Shown here: in pieces, positions 19,333-29,171 of the stretch
Numbering within the stretch: the stretch's first letter is position 1
Layout of the letters: each line of letters starts with the position of its first letter
Source: Promethearchaeum syntrophicum
GTDB lineage: Archaea > Asgardarchaeota > Lokiarchaeia > Sigyniarchaeales > Promethearchaeaceae
Direction of reading: 5' to 3'
DNA length: 32,000 bases
Assembly: GCF_008000775.2 (NCBI RefSeq)
Contig: NZ_CP042905.2
Location: 2,220,001-2,252,000, forward strand
The notes under the pieces: generated by a model
What the model was told of the DNA's origin: nothing
Database searches by the model: none
What the model saw: only the letters and a program-made list of their open reading frames with translations
Translations under genes and position numbers: made by a program

Positions 19333-19908
19333 TCAAACTTTATCTGAATAAAATTCAATTAAAAACTCATCAAGATCAGAATGTAATTTTTCAATTGAAC
19401 CATCATTTACAATTATTTGATCAGCAATCGCAATCGGTCCACCTTTTTCAAGATTCTCAATTTCAGCAAAATCTCTAAGTTCTGCACCTTCAAAATCCAA
19501 TCCTCTAAATTTTCTTTTTGATAAACGTTCATAACGTAACTTTTTAGGAGTAAAAACCGCTAAGAGAACAATTGGAATATCGAGATTATCTCTTAGAAAT
19601 TTATATTCTGACCATGAATAGAGACCATCAATAATGGTTAAGCCTTGGGAGAGAGCCTTTTTTATATTAGGAAATTCCAGTTTAGCATATGCTTCCATTC
19701 CATGGATATTTCTGAGTTCTTCTCTTACTAATTTTTCATTACTTTGGTTGACAGGAAGATTTCTCTTTTTTACTTCTTTAATAGTTACTCCACCAAAATA
19801 AATTACCTGCCAATTTAAATGCTTGAAATAATCGACAACTACACTCTTACCGCATCCGGCCATGCCAACAATTACTAATAATTTTTTTACTTTATCTGAG
19901 CTTTCCAT
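19333..19908 (-). CDS. P-loop kinase, UPF0200/dephospho-CoA-kinase-like (nucleotide-kinase-type)
   Basis: Walker A GMAGCGKS near the N-terminus; TIIDGLYSWSEYKFL; LSKRKFRG lid-like Arg/Lys region; archaeal UPF0200-like layout. Confidence 0.75.
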   Translation of the reverse strand: MESSDKVKKLLVIVGMAGCGKSVVVDYFKHLNWQVIYFGGVTIKEVKKRNLPVNQSNEKLVREELRNIHGMEAYAKLEFPNIKKALSQGLTIIDGLYSWSEYKFLRDNLDIPIVLLAVFTPKKLRYERLSKRKFRGLDFEGAELRDFAEIENLEKGGPIAIADQIIVNDGSIEKLHSDLDEFLIEFYSDKV

Positions 19909-19975
19909 TTTCTTAACTCCTCAAATATATAAATATGTATTTAGAAGATATATTTTCTTTTGGATGTCATTTAAA

Positions 19976-22882
19976 CTAATCAAATAAAATACGGAATGTT
20001 AAAATTTCAAACGGAGCTATATCAAAGGAAAAATGATTAGGTTCAAAATTATCTAGTTCTTTTTCCTTTCTTTCCAATAAATCCACGAATTCCACTGATT
20101 TCAAATTAAATTTTGATGAAAAATCATTAAAATTAATTCTAACACTTGTTTTTCTTCCATGTGCTTCATACACTCGAAGAATAAAGTGTTTACCATCCCA
20201 TTTCCAGTGTTCTGCATTTTTAGTTAAAATAAATTGCTTATTTTTACTTTCTGTAAATGGTAGATTCGTTCCAATTTTTTCATCTTTATTTTTTGACCAC
20301 ATCCATTCTCCAGGTTTTAAAGCAGAAAGAATAACATTAGGTTCACTTATTGAAATGTTTGGGAATTTAATTATTTTCACTTCATCGATACTTTCAGTTC
20401 TGTTTTTGGGTTCTATTGATTGAAAGTAAAAACATGGCAAATTATAAGCTAATCCCTTTTCAGGAATATTCGCATCTTCCCATGATCCTTTATGAGGATA
20501 GAGTGCATAAGAAAAATCGTGCTTGACTAAATCAGTATGTGAAGGACGATCCTTTTTCGATAAGAGTTTTTCGTGTGAATAAAAAAAATCACTTGGATAA
20601 GGTGGAGATCGAACTAATGTAATGGATACTCCTTTTCTATTTGCCGAAGCTCCATATCGATCCTTATTTAAAATAGCCAAGCCATGATTTTTGTCTGATA
20701 TATCTACCCATTTTTGCATAGAAAATTCCCATTTCGCAGCTTCCATCTTTGTGGTGGGTATACGAGTCCTTGATACTGCTCCAAATTGAGTTTCACAAAT
20801 AATTTCATTGGTATCTAGATTGATTGGAAAGAAATGTTTTATTAACACTTCTTTATCTCTCAAATCAATGTGAGTATGAATATCTAAAATCGGAGAATTA
20901 TGGAATATAGTATAGTTTACTTCATAAGAACTATTTAGGAACGAATAGGTTGCTTGAATTTCAAGGCAAGTTTGTGAATTTTTTATTATTTCTACCTTTT
21001 CACACATCAATTTGATAGGATGTTGAGTATAATTTTTACATATATTCCAAGCAGGATAAGGATTACCTTTAAATTCTTCACGGTAGATTTTTATCCTTCC
21101 TCCTTTATTTCTGTTAAATGCGTTAAAAGCTTCAACATTCATTAGATTCGAGTGTGATAAGGGAGGATCAAATGAATATAATAATGGACGATAATTTGAT
21201 TCAAAATCATTTTTCCAAAGAAATTCTTTGAGATTCCCATCATTTCTTCCGAAAATTGCAACAAAATATTGATTTGAACATATTAAAATATTATTAGATT
21301 GCTTTAATTGTACGGGATTTTCTATATTAAGTTCTTTTAAATTCTCGGGATCAATCTCTTGCAGACTAAAAGGAGGAATGTCATTTAACTGAATATATGT
21401 AGAATTAACAGGAATATTAATAGAATTTGAGACAGGAAGTGGATTATATATCATATTTTTTCCAGATATCAAGTATGATTCTAAAGAGTTGGAAATAAAT
21501 TCCTTCATTGATTGAATAATAAACTTGTGTTCTCTCCATGTGCGAATATATACTTCTGGGATTGAAGATCCCGGCAAAATATCGTGAAATTGGTTAAGTA
21601 ACAAATATTTCCAACATTTTCTAAATAAATGATATGTTTTAGGATTGAAAGAATCTCTAATATTAATTAGTTGGAGAGTCCATAACATTTCAGCATGAAA
21701 TAATAAATTTTCTGCTTTTCTATTTCCTTTTTTAACCTGTGCTTGAGTTGTGAGAGTTCCCCGATGATTTTCTAAATACATCTCATCGTCCCAAATAACC
21801 ATCTTCTCCCCAACTTCCTTTTTTAATATATTAAAAAAATCTAGAGTGGTTATATGCTTAATGTTGTAGTATTTGCTTAATATATTTATAAAATCTATTT
21901 CTAAATTAAGAGGACCTTTTCCTCCATCACCATTTCCATAGAAATAACCCAGAGTTCGTACATATTCTTTATCTAAATAATCATCTAATTCATATAAACC
22001 GCTATAATTTTTAGTAGCTAATTTACTTCCAGAAATAGCAATTGGGGACATTTCTTCACCATCTTGAAAAGATTTTGAATTAAAGATTAAATTATTATTT
22101 TTGGGTCGCCTTGCCATTACTTTATACCTTCCAAGATCTAAAAACGCCTCAATATTAAATCTAAATTGATGAGTAAAAAGGCGTGTACTGTCTAACCCTT
22201 GCCAAATAAAATTGGCAAAAGGCCACATCGTATAATCATTCCAAGTTATTTTTGTTGTCCAGAATGCTTCTGCTCCAGATTTAACAAAAATTTGTGGAGT
22301 TGTATTGGGAAATCCAAATACATCTAATAATGTCTCAATTTTAGCGATTTTACCAAATTTACGTAGATAATATAATTGTCCATATAACCTTTGTCGAATT
22401 AGGGCTTCACCGCATGGAATATTTAAATCAGGTTCAATCCATGACCCTCCACATAATTCTATTTTTCCTTGATCCACCTGATAACAAATTGCTTCCCACA
22501 TAGTGCGATCTGGATCTGGTGATGGTAATTTCTTGCTATATTTTTCCATCCATTCAAAATATTGCGGAGATGTGAGTGATATCGCAAAAAATGGATATTT
22601 TTCTATATGTTCCAAAGCCATTTTAAAGGTTTTATATGCGCGAAAAACTGAATCCTTTACTGTCCATAACCATGCTGCATCCAAATGAGAAACTGGAATG
22701 GCATATATATTAAAATCATGAAAGCTAAAATGGCTCAATTTTCCCAGGATTTTTGAGAAAACATTTACTCCAGAATTAAATAGTGGTGATTTGATTAATT
22801 TATCCCACAATTTTTGATTACGGGGATTATAAAGTAATTTTTCTAAAAAAATAGTCTCAATCCCATCGTTTATTTCACGCAT
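19976..22882 (-). CDS. Glycoside hydrolase family 38 alpha-mannosidase
   Basis: 968-aa ORF: PVSHLDAAWLWTVKDS, WEAICYQVDQGKIELCGGSWIEPDLNIPCGEALIRQ, LLDVFGFPNTTPQIF (nucleophile Asp region), NQFHDILPGSSIPEVY; matches the GH38 catalytic core. Confidence 0.93.
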   Translation of the reverse strand: MREINDGIETIFLEKLLYNPRNQKLWDKLIKSPLFNSGVNVFSKILGKLSHFSFHDFNIYAIPVSHLDAAWLWTVKDSVFRAYKTFKMALEHIEKYPFFAISLTSPQYFEWMEKYSKKLPSPDPDRTMWEAICYQVDQGKIELCGGSWIEPDLNIPCGEALIRQRLYGQLYYLRKFGKIAKIETLLDVFGFPNTTPQIFVKSGAEAFWTTKITWNDYTMWPFANFIWQGLDSTRLFTHQFRFNIEAFLDLGRYKVMARRPKNNNLIFNSKSFQDGEEMSPIAISGSKLATKNYSGLYELDDYLDKEYVRTLGYFYGNGDGGKGPLNLEIDFINILSKYYNIKHITTLDFFNILKKEVGEKMVIWDDEMYLENHRGTLTTQAQVKKGNRKAENLLFHAEMLWTLQLINIRDSFNPKTYHLFRKCWKYLLLNQFHDILPGSSIPEVYIRTWREHKFIIQSMKEFISNSLESYLISGKNMIYNPLPVSNSINIPVNSTYIQLNDIPPFSLQEIDPENLKELNIENPVQLKQSNNILICSNQYFVAIFGRNDGNLKEFLWKNDFESNYRPLLYSFDPPLSHSNLMNVEAFNAFNRNKGGRIKIYREEFKGNPYPAWNICKNYTQHPIKLMCEKVEIIKNSQTCLEIQATYSFLNSSYEVNYTIFHNSPILDIHTHIDLRDKEVLIKHFFPINLDTNEIICETQFGAVSRTRIPTTKMEAAKWEFSMQKWVDISDKNHGLAILNKDRYGASANRKGVSITLVRSPPYPSDFFYSHEKLLSKKDRPSHTDLVKHDFSYALYPHKGSWEDANIPEKGLAYNLPCFYFQSIEPKNRTESIDEVKIIKFPNISISEPNVILSALKPGEWMWSKNKDEKIGTNLPFTESKNKQFILTKNAEHWKWDGKHFILRVYEAHGRKTSVRINFNDFSSKFNLKSVEFVDLLERKEKELDNFEPNHFSFDIAPFEILTFRILFD

Positions 22883-23051
22883 TAATAATATTAGATTTTT
22901 AAGTATATTAAAGATATAATTCTGGATTTATAGCTCACATTGAAATTATTAATCAAATGTTTACAAATTACTATTTTTGGTATTGAAATGCCAAAATTTG
23001 GTTTAAATTTTAAAGAGAATGTTTTAATAATTTAAAATATCTAATTCTCGC

Positions 23052-23648
23052 ATGGATTCCTATGAATTATTACCTCATTTAGATATTACTCCCTCTGGGG
23101 AAATATGTAGTAAATTTCTTGGAATGAATATTAAAACTTTTCAAGAAGCATGTAATTATGTTCATAATCTGGATTATGGGTATAATAGTGATACAGATGA
23201 TCGATGGATTCTTTTTAAAGAGTTAAAGGGATCTTGCACACCAAAACATGGAGTTATTGCTGGATTAGCTGAAGAATTACAAATTCCACTTTATAAAAAT
23301 GTTGGAATTTATAAATTCACCGAAAAAATAGTTAAAGGCGCTCAGAAAATTATAGAAAAGTATAAAATTCCTTTTATACCAATGGTTCATTGCTTTTTGG
23401 AATATAATAATTATCGATTTGATTTAACTGAAGGAAATGATAATGGTAAGGAGACCTCAATTGAAGAATTCATGCATAAAGAGCAAGTGGAACCATTTAT
23501 TAGTCGTAAAAATGAATATTTACTCTATAGAAGGGTATTAGAAGAAAAATTACTGTTATCTCCTGAATTTGCTGGAATTTCCCTTAAGATTATTTTAAAA
23601 GCCAGAGAAGAAGCGATTTTGCTCCTTCACGAGAAAGTTAAAAAATAA
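23052..23648 (+). CDS. Transglutaminase-like superfamily protein
   Basis: Candidate Cys-His-Asp triad motifs: GSCTPKHG, PMVHCFLEYNNYRFDLTEG. Confidence 0.65.
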   Translation: MDSYELLPHLDITPSGEICSKFLGMNIKTFQEACNYVHNLDYGYNSDTDDRWILFKELKGSCTPKHGVIAGLAEELQIPLYKNVGIYKFTEKIVKGAQKIIEKYKIPFIPMVHCFLEYNNYRFDLTEGNDNGKETSIEEFMHKEQVEPFISRKNEYLLYRRVLEEKLLLSPEFAGISLKIILKAREEAILLLHEKVKK

Positions 23649-23681
23649 CAGAAGGAAGATATTTAATTGGAAAATCTTGCT

Positions 23682-24875
23682 TTAAAGCGAGATAAAGGTT
23701 GAATTGATTATTTCTTCTAAACCAGGATTTGAATTTGGTTGAATAAAATGTCCCGTTTGATTAGCTAATTCAAATATATTCCAAATTTCCGTTGAAGCTT
23801 GAATTTTTTTATTAAATTGTGCTAGACTTTGTTGTGCACTAAAAGATTGACCTTTATATACGTAACAAATAGTAAAAGGTGTTAAATTAGTCATTAGAAT
23901 AGTAAATTTCTTAAAATTTACCCTATCTAATCCATCTGAAAATATTTCATCACTAAAGCTACTGAAGGCTGAAAGAAATCCACTGAATAAATCTTCATTA
24001 ACCTTCCATTCTTCATTAAAGATTTTTGTATAAAATGAGATTCCTGAATTTCCCATTATCAATAATAGTATTGGAGATTCTGGATATATTTCAGGATCAT
24101 CAGAGCTCTTTCTCTTTATCATCCCCTGAATTTGATTTGTTAAATTCGCATCTTCAATTCGATCACAAATGGATTCATTATCTTCACAAAAAAGATCCCA
24201 TTCATCTTGATTCTGTAGTAATTTATCATGTTCATCAGATATTCTTATTGCAAGCCGATGAAAACCATATTTTTCAGCAATCTGTTGGCCTCTTGTAAAA
24301 TGATAACGAGCTTTTTTCATTTCAAAATTAACTAAGCTAAATTTTGCCTCTAAAAGATATGATTCTGCTAAAACTCTAAATGATTTTTGTTCTTGGGAAA
24401 TTTTTGATAAACGCGTAAGAATTGGGTTAATTTCAGTAAGAACTTCCTCATTTTTAGTATCTTTAAATTCAGCTATCAACATTTCACAAAGATTTAAGAT
24501 AGAAGCAATAGTAATATCACTAAATAAAATCTCTTCATTTGAAATCTCTGCAAATAATTCTTGAGCTTGACCTAACTTTCTAACGCGGTTACTATTTTTT
24601 AATACTAGTGCTTGATTAAAGCGGTGAATCAAATCGATCTCCTTATTTTGAGTATTATTATTTAATTCTTCAAGCTGAATGAGATTGTGTTTTGCCGTTG
24701 ATATGTCATCTTTGTATAAATATGCTTGAATCAAACCCGATAAACACAACGCGACTAGAGTTTTATCTTGAGCATTTTCTTCGGAAATCATCATTTTTCT
24801 ATAGATGCTTATAGCATCTTGGTATTTACCTTCTTCAATCAAATTTTTTGCGTTTTTTAACTGTTCATTTAACAT
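23682..24875 (-). CDS. TPR-like helical repeat protein with a C-terminal longin/roadblock-like domain
   Basis: 397-aa ORF. N-terminal TPR-like helices (LIEEGKYQDAISIYRKMM, KARYHFTRGQQIAEKYG). C-terminal ~130 aa (PILLLIMGNSGISFYTKIFNEEWKVNEDLFSGFLSAFSSFSDEIFSDGLDRVNFKKFTILM...FTICYVYKG) has a profilin-fold longin/Mon1-like pattern. Confidence 0.7.
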   Translation of the reverse strand: MLNEQLKNAKNLIEEGKYQDAISIYRKMMISEENAQDKTLVALCLSGLIQAYLYKDDISTAKHNLIQLEELNNNTQNKEIDLIHRFNQALVLKNSNRVRKLGQAQELFAEISNEEILFSDITIASILNLCEMLIAEFKDTKNEEVLTEINPILTRLSKISQEQKSFRVLAESYLLEAKFSLVNFEMKKARYHFTRGQQIAEKYGFHRLAIRISDEHDKLLQNQDEWDLFCEDNESICDRIEDANLTNQIQGMIKRKSSDDPEIYPESPILLLIMGNSGISFYTKIFNEEWKVNEDLFSGFLSAFSSFSDEIFSDGLDRVNFKKFTILMTNLTPFTICYVYKGQSFSAQQSLAQFNKKIQASTEIWNIFELANQTGHFIQPNSNPGLEEIINSTFISL

Positions 24876-25008
24876 TTTTTAGATCTCATAATCATCTCAA
24901 TAATTAGTAATAATTATAAAATCGCTTTAGTTATAATATAGAGTTTTTTAATTCTTATATTTCAAGATAAATGAAATTTTAAATATTTCAACAACAAATT
25001 GTAATAAA

Positions 25009-25245
25009 ATGAATAGCGATTTTAAAACTGCAATAATTGTCAAAAGTATTGAAGAAGAATACATGTATATTCAGCAAATTTCATGTGAACAATGTGAGTT
25101 GAAGGGATCTTTCAAGTTAGAAATACAATCTTTAATTTTTGAGGATAAAAAACCATTTGATAAGTTGAAGTGCAAATGTCAGAATTGTGGAGCAAAAAAA
25201 AGTGTACTATTTGATATATCTAATTTCTTTGGAAAATTATTCTAA
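25009..25245 (+). CDS. Small CxxC...CxxC zinc-binding-like protein
   Basis: 78-aa ORF with ATG start and two Cys pairs (SCEQCEL, KCQNCGAKKS). The stop codon overlaps the stop of the convergent gene. Confidence 0.6.
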   Translation: MNSDFKTAIIVKSIEEEYMYIQQISCEQCELKGSFKLEIQSLIFEDKKPFDKLKCKCQNCGAKKSVLFDISNFFGKLF

Positions 25246-26537
25246 TCTTCATCTACTTCTTTTTCGTCATCTTTATTTTTCGAAGATTTCAGGAAACTAA
25301 ACCTTTTTTTAACCCTGCTTCCCCACGCAGACATTTTATCACCAATAATTTTCACACCTTGCTTAAAATCATAGTTGTTGGTTGCTAATTGTCTATATCT
25401 TTCAGAAGTTAGAAATGTTATAAAGGAAACCAGAAAAATCATCATTGAAATAAATGCAAATATTCTATGACTGGCAAGGGGTATGCCAATATCTACTGTG
25501 AAAGAGCTGATTTCATCAACAAGGGGCAACGAAGGATCTATTAAAACCGAAAGTAGGAGTAGTGAATAACCTAATGCAGCCCCAATTGTTAAAAGGATTA
25601 GTGAGAGATCTCCAAAAATCTGTTTACCTAACGCAGATATAATTAATCGCTTTTGGAAAAATATTTTTCTGCCATCCTTTTTCTTTTCAAATTGTGATGT
25701 TTCAATTCCTTCAACTTTGCTCACTTTACTTTGAATATAGTAAAGAGCTGTAAAAATTAATATAATAATTTCTGTGAAAGCATTTGTAACAGTCTCTGAA
25801 GGAGATATTGAAGCAGAAAGTTGATAAGTTATATAAAAATTAAAACATCCCATAATGCTGATGAAATTTGTTGTGGTATTATTAAGATCTACAGTCCATC
25901 CATAAATTAAAATGATTAATGCTACTATAATTCCCATTGCACCAAGAACTATTGCATTAATTGATTGAAGATTTTTAACTATAATTACTATTGAAATTCC
26001 AATGGTTCCAAGGGCAACCAGCCGAATAAAACCACCTAAGAATATTCGATCATCTGATTTTCCCGCTAAAACAATTTTTCCTGGAATTCCTGTGAAGAAG
26101 TAAAATATGATAAAGAACAGTGAAACAGACGATATAATGATCCAAGAAACTAAGAAGGCAAATTCCAAAACTTGAAACACAACTAAATCTGGATCAGGAT
26201 TAAAGACAAACACTATTATAATACTAAGGATGATTCCAATGAAAACGAAAATCGTCTGAAAAATATAATTTTTCCATACTGCTGAGATTAAACCAAACAC
26301 AACTATGCTCCCTGCGATCAAGAAACCTAATAAAAGAAAATCATTCACCAGATCTAATGTCATCCATGCAACTTCTTGATAATATAGAAATATGGATACA
26401 ATATTTAATCCCAAAACAGAGAATAGCACAATGCTGAAGGGTAAATACATTTTTTCAAAAAGTAGTTTAAATCCATTCAAAAAAGTATCAATAAAAAAGG
26501 ATTTTAACGCTCGTTCTATATAGCTAGCTTTGGACAT
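25242..26537 (-). CDS. Polytopic membrane protein of unknown function
   Basis: 431-aa ORF with about ten hydrophobic segments and a charged cytosolic-like C-terminus (KKRFSFLKSSKNKDDEKEVDED). Confidence 0.8.
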   Translation of the reverse strand: MSKASYIERALKSFFIDTFLNGFKLLFEKMYLPFSIVLFSVLGLNIVSIFLYYQEVAWMTLDLVNDFLLLGFLIAGSIVVFGLISAVWKNYIFQTIFVFIGIILSIIIVFVFNPDPDLVVFQVLEFAFLVSWIIISSVSLFFIIFYFFTGIPGKIVLAGKSDDRIFLGGFIRLVALGTIGISIVIIVKNLQSINAIVLGAMGIIVALIILIYGWTVDLNNTTTNFISIMGCFNFYITYQLSASISPSETVTNAFTEIIILIFTALYYIQSKVSKVEGIETSQFEKKKDGRKIFFQKRLIISALGKQIFGDLSLILLTIGAALGYSLLLLSVLIDPSLPLVDEISSFTVDIGIPLASHRIFAFISMMIFLVSFITFLTSERYRQLATNNYDFKQGVKIIGDKMSAWGSRVKKRFSFLKSSKNKDDEKEVDED

Positions 26538-26797
26538 ATTCTTAATAGAGATAATATTCTTTAAAAAATTTTAGCGCAAAGTATTATCAAACAAAAATTT
26601 TCAATCTGCAGATAAAGCATTTTGGCTGAATAAATTTCAAATCGTAAAGAAAAAAACGAATGTATTATTTTTAGATGAAATAATTTATATAGAATGAATA
26701 ATGTGCGGTATTTTCGGTTACTTTTCTGATAATACTTAGGTTTAATTGTCATAGAATGATTTGAATTCTATAAAATTATTCGAAGGTCTAAATATTT

Positions 26798-29035
26798 ATG
26801 GATTTTGAAATAGATAAGAAAGAAAAAAAAAAAATCCGTTTTCAACGAGTTTTTGATCGTTTACCAATACCAATAGCAATTTCTGATCAAAACGATCAAA
26901 ATTTGTATGTAAATCCAAAATTTACCGAGATATTAGGTTATACTGTTAATGATATTCCCAATACTGAATCCTGGATGAATTTAGCTTATCCTGATCCTAA
27001 ATACCAAGAAATTATAAAGGCAAAGCTTCCCGAAATAACATCAGCCATAACTCAACCGAGAATAAATGAAATCAAATGCAAAGATGGGCAAGTTATTAGC
27101 CTACTACTTCAAGATATTTCAATAGATGATAATGAATTTATCACTATTCTTGAAGATGTTACTGAAAAGCTCAAAACTGAAGAATTATTAATAAAAAGCC
27201 AACAAAGATTTCGTAAAATTGTAGAATATTTTCCGTATCCAATTGTTGTTACCACGCCAAGGAACGATGTAGTTTACGTAAACCCAGCATTTACAAAATC
27301 ATTAGGATTTACAATTGAAGATATTCCCAATGCAAAAACGTGGTACTTAAAGGCTTACCCCAACCCAGAATATAGGAATTCTATCATAGAAGAGTCTCAA
27401 GTACCAAATCATCCTAAAACCACTCCTATTGAACGCCATATTACTTGTAAGAATGGTGATTTCAAAGATCTTATACTCAAAAACATCACTATCGGTGATG
27501 AAGATATTACAATATTTCAGGATATTTCTGCTCAGCGGAAAGCTGAAATTAAATTTCAAGAAATTATAGAAAATTCTAGAGATATGATACTTTTACTTAA
27601 TGAAAAAGGGATCATTCAGATGATAAATCCGGCTGTAACAGCAATCATGGGTTATTCTGAAGATGATATAATTAATCATTCCCCCTTAGAATTTGTATTA
27701 CCTGAGTTTCAAAGTTTGATTTTGTCCTTAGCTCCTGATGGAAAAAAAAAAATACAAGAAACCACTTTACAGGAAATTGATGCGAAAAAATTAAATGGTG
27801 AAATCGTAACATTAGAATTTTTTACCAGAAATATCATTCGTAATGGGAAATTTATTGGGATGTTATCTATTTGTAGAGATATTAGCAATCGAAAAAAAAT
27901 TAATGAAGCACAATTCCAACAACAGAAAATTGAGTCCATTGGATTACTCGCTGGAGGGTTAGCCCATGATTTTAATAATATTCTTGTTTCAATAATCGGT
28001 AATATAAATTTATTCCAAATGGATGAAGATACATTGACAACAGAGCAGCAAGATATGTTAATGGATTTAGAGAAAGCTGCAATGAGAGCCCGTGATTTAA
28101 CAAATCAATTGCTCACATTCTCAAAAGGGGGAACACCTATAAAAAAACCAGAATCTATCGAGCAAGTTATAAGAGATTCTGCAAATTTTATATTGCGTGG
28201 ATCAAAAAGCAAATGTACATTTTATTTTGAATCAAATTTACCCCCCGTTGAAATTGATGTAGGCCAAATCAATCAAGTTTTAAATAATCTTCTTATAAAT
28301 GCAAGTCAAGCTATGCCTCATGGCGGTATTATTGACATAAGCGTTTTTCGTGAAAAAATTGATAATAAATCTTCAATACCATTAATACCAGGATGTTATA
28401 TCAAATTAATTATAGAAGACAAGGGGGTAGGAATTCCTAAATCAATACAGCATAAGATTTTTGAGCCATATTTTACTACAAAATCAGCAGGTACAGGACT
28501 AGGATTATCCACAAGTTACTCTATATTAAAAAAACATAAAGGTCTTATTACATTTAGTTCTAAACCAGGGGAAGGAACTATATTTTATATTTATCTTCCC
28601 ACAACACAGAAAAATGTGCTGATAAAACCTGATCCAAAAAAGGAAATTTGTCTTTCTCGATGCCGAGTTTTTGTTTTGGATGATGATAAAAATATCCACA
28701 AATTCCTTATACGCGCTTTTTCTCATTTAGGTTTAGAAATGGTGTCTTGCTATAATGGGGACCATATACTTGAAGATTTTCAAGCTGCAGAAAAATCAGG
28801 AAAAAAAATTGATATTGTTTTTATGGATCTCACAATTCCCGGTGGAATAGGCGGAAAGGATGCAGTAAAAATTCTTAGAAAAAAATATCCTGATTTAAAG
28901 ATCATAGTATTTAGTGGATACTCAAATGATCCGGTTATTGCTAATTTTAAGGACTATGGATTTGATGATTTTCTTGAGAAACCCTTCTCAATTGAGCAAC
29001 TTAAAGCAATCTTAAGTAAATGGATTAAAAACTAA
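26798..29035 (+). CDS. Soluble hybrid sensor histidine kinase (PAS-PAS-PAS-HisKA-HATPase_c-receiver)
   Basis: 745-aa ORF, no TM segments. Two closely similar N-terminal PAS domains plus a third (IIENSRDMILLLNEKGIIQMINPAVTAIMGY); H-box SIGLLAGGLAHDFNNILVSIIGN; N-box NNLLINASQAMPHGG; DKGVGI and GTGLGLSTSYS; receiver VLDDDKN...DIVFMDLTIPGG...IVFSGYSND...LEKPFS. Confidence 0.97.
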   Translation: MDFEIDKKEKKKIRFQRVFDRLPIPIAISDQNDQNLYVNPKFTEILGYTVNDIPNTESWMNLAYPDPKYQEIIKAKLPEITSAITQPRINEIKCKDGQVISLLLQDISIDDNEFITILEDVTEKLKTEELLIKSQQRFRKIVEYFPYPIVVTTPRNDVVYVNPAFTKSLGFTIEDIPNAKTWYLKAYPNPEYRNSIIEESQVPNHPKTTPIERHITCKNGDFKDLILKNITIGDEDITIFQDISAQRKAEIKFQEIIENSRDMILLLNEKGIIQMINPAVTAIMGYSEDDIINHSPLEFVLPEFQSLILSLAPDGKKKIQETTLQEIDAKKLNGEIVTLEFFTRNIIRNGKFIGMLSICRDISNRKKINEAQFQQQKIESIGLLAGGLAHDFNNILVSIIGNINLFQMDEDTLTTEQQDMLMDLEKAAMRARDLTNQLLTFSKGGTPIKKPESIEQVIRDSANFILRGSKSKCTFYFESNLPPVEIDVGQINQVLNNLLINASQAMPHGGIIDISVFREKIDNKSSIPLIPGCYIKLIIEDKGVGIPKSIQHKIFEPYFTTKSAGTGLGLSTSYSILKKHKGLITFSSKPGEGTIFYIYLPTTQKNVLIKPDPKKEICLSRCRVFVLDDDKNIHKFLIRAFSHLGLEMVSCYNGDHILEDFQAAEKSGKKIDIVFMDLTIPGGIGGKDAVKILRKKYPDLKIIVFSGYSNDPVIANFKDYGFDDFLEKPFSIEQLKAILSKWIKN

Positions 29036-29171
29036 TCTAAATTTGAGATCATTATAGTTTTTCATCCTGTTAAATATTAAATTGAAAGTAGATAATACAC
29101 ATGTGTTCATTAGTTGACTGAATAAAATGAAAAAAAAATGAAAAAATCAGTATCTTATTGCATTCTGATAC

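Noticed and set aside
24026-24298. 90-aa plus-strand ORF inside the TPR/longin-like gene
   Set aside because: Antisense shadow ORF without domain signals.
26561-26752. 63-aa minus-strand ORF in the intergenic region upstream of the hybrid kinase
   Set aside because: Composition resembles AT-rich non-coding sequence and it has no recognisable motif. Too weak to call.
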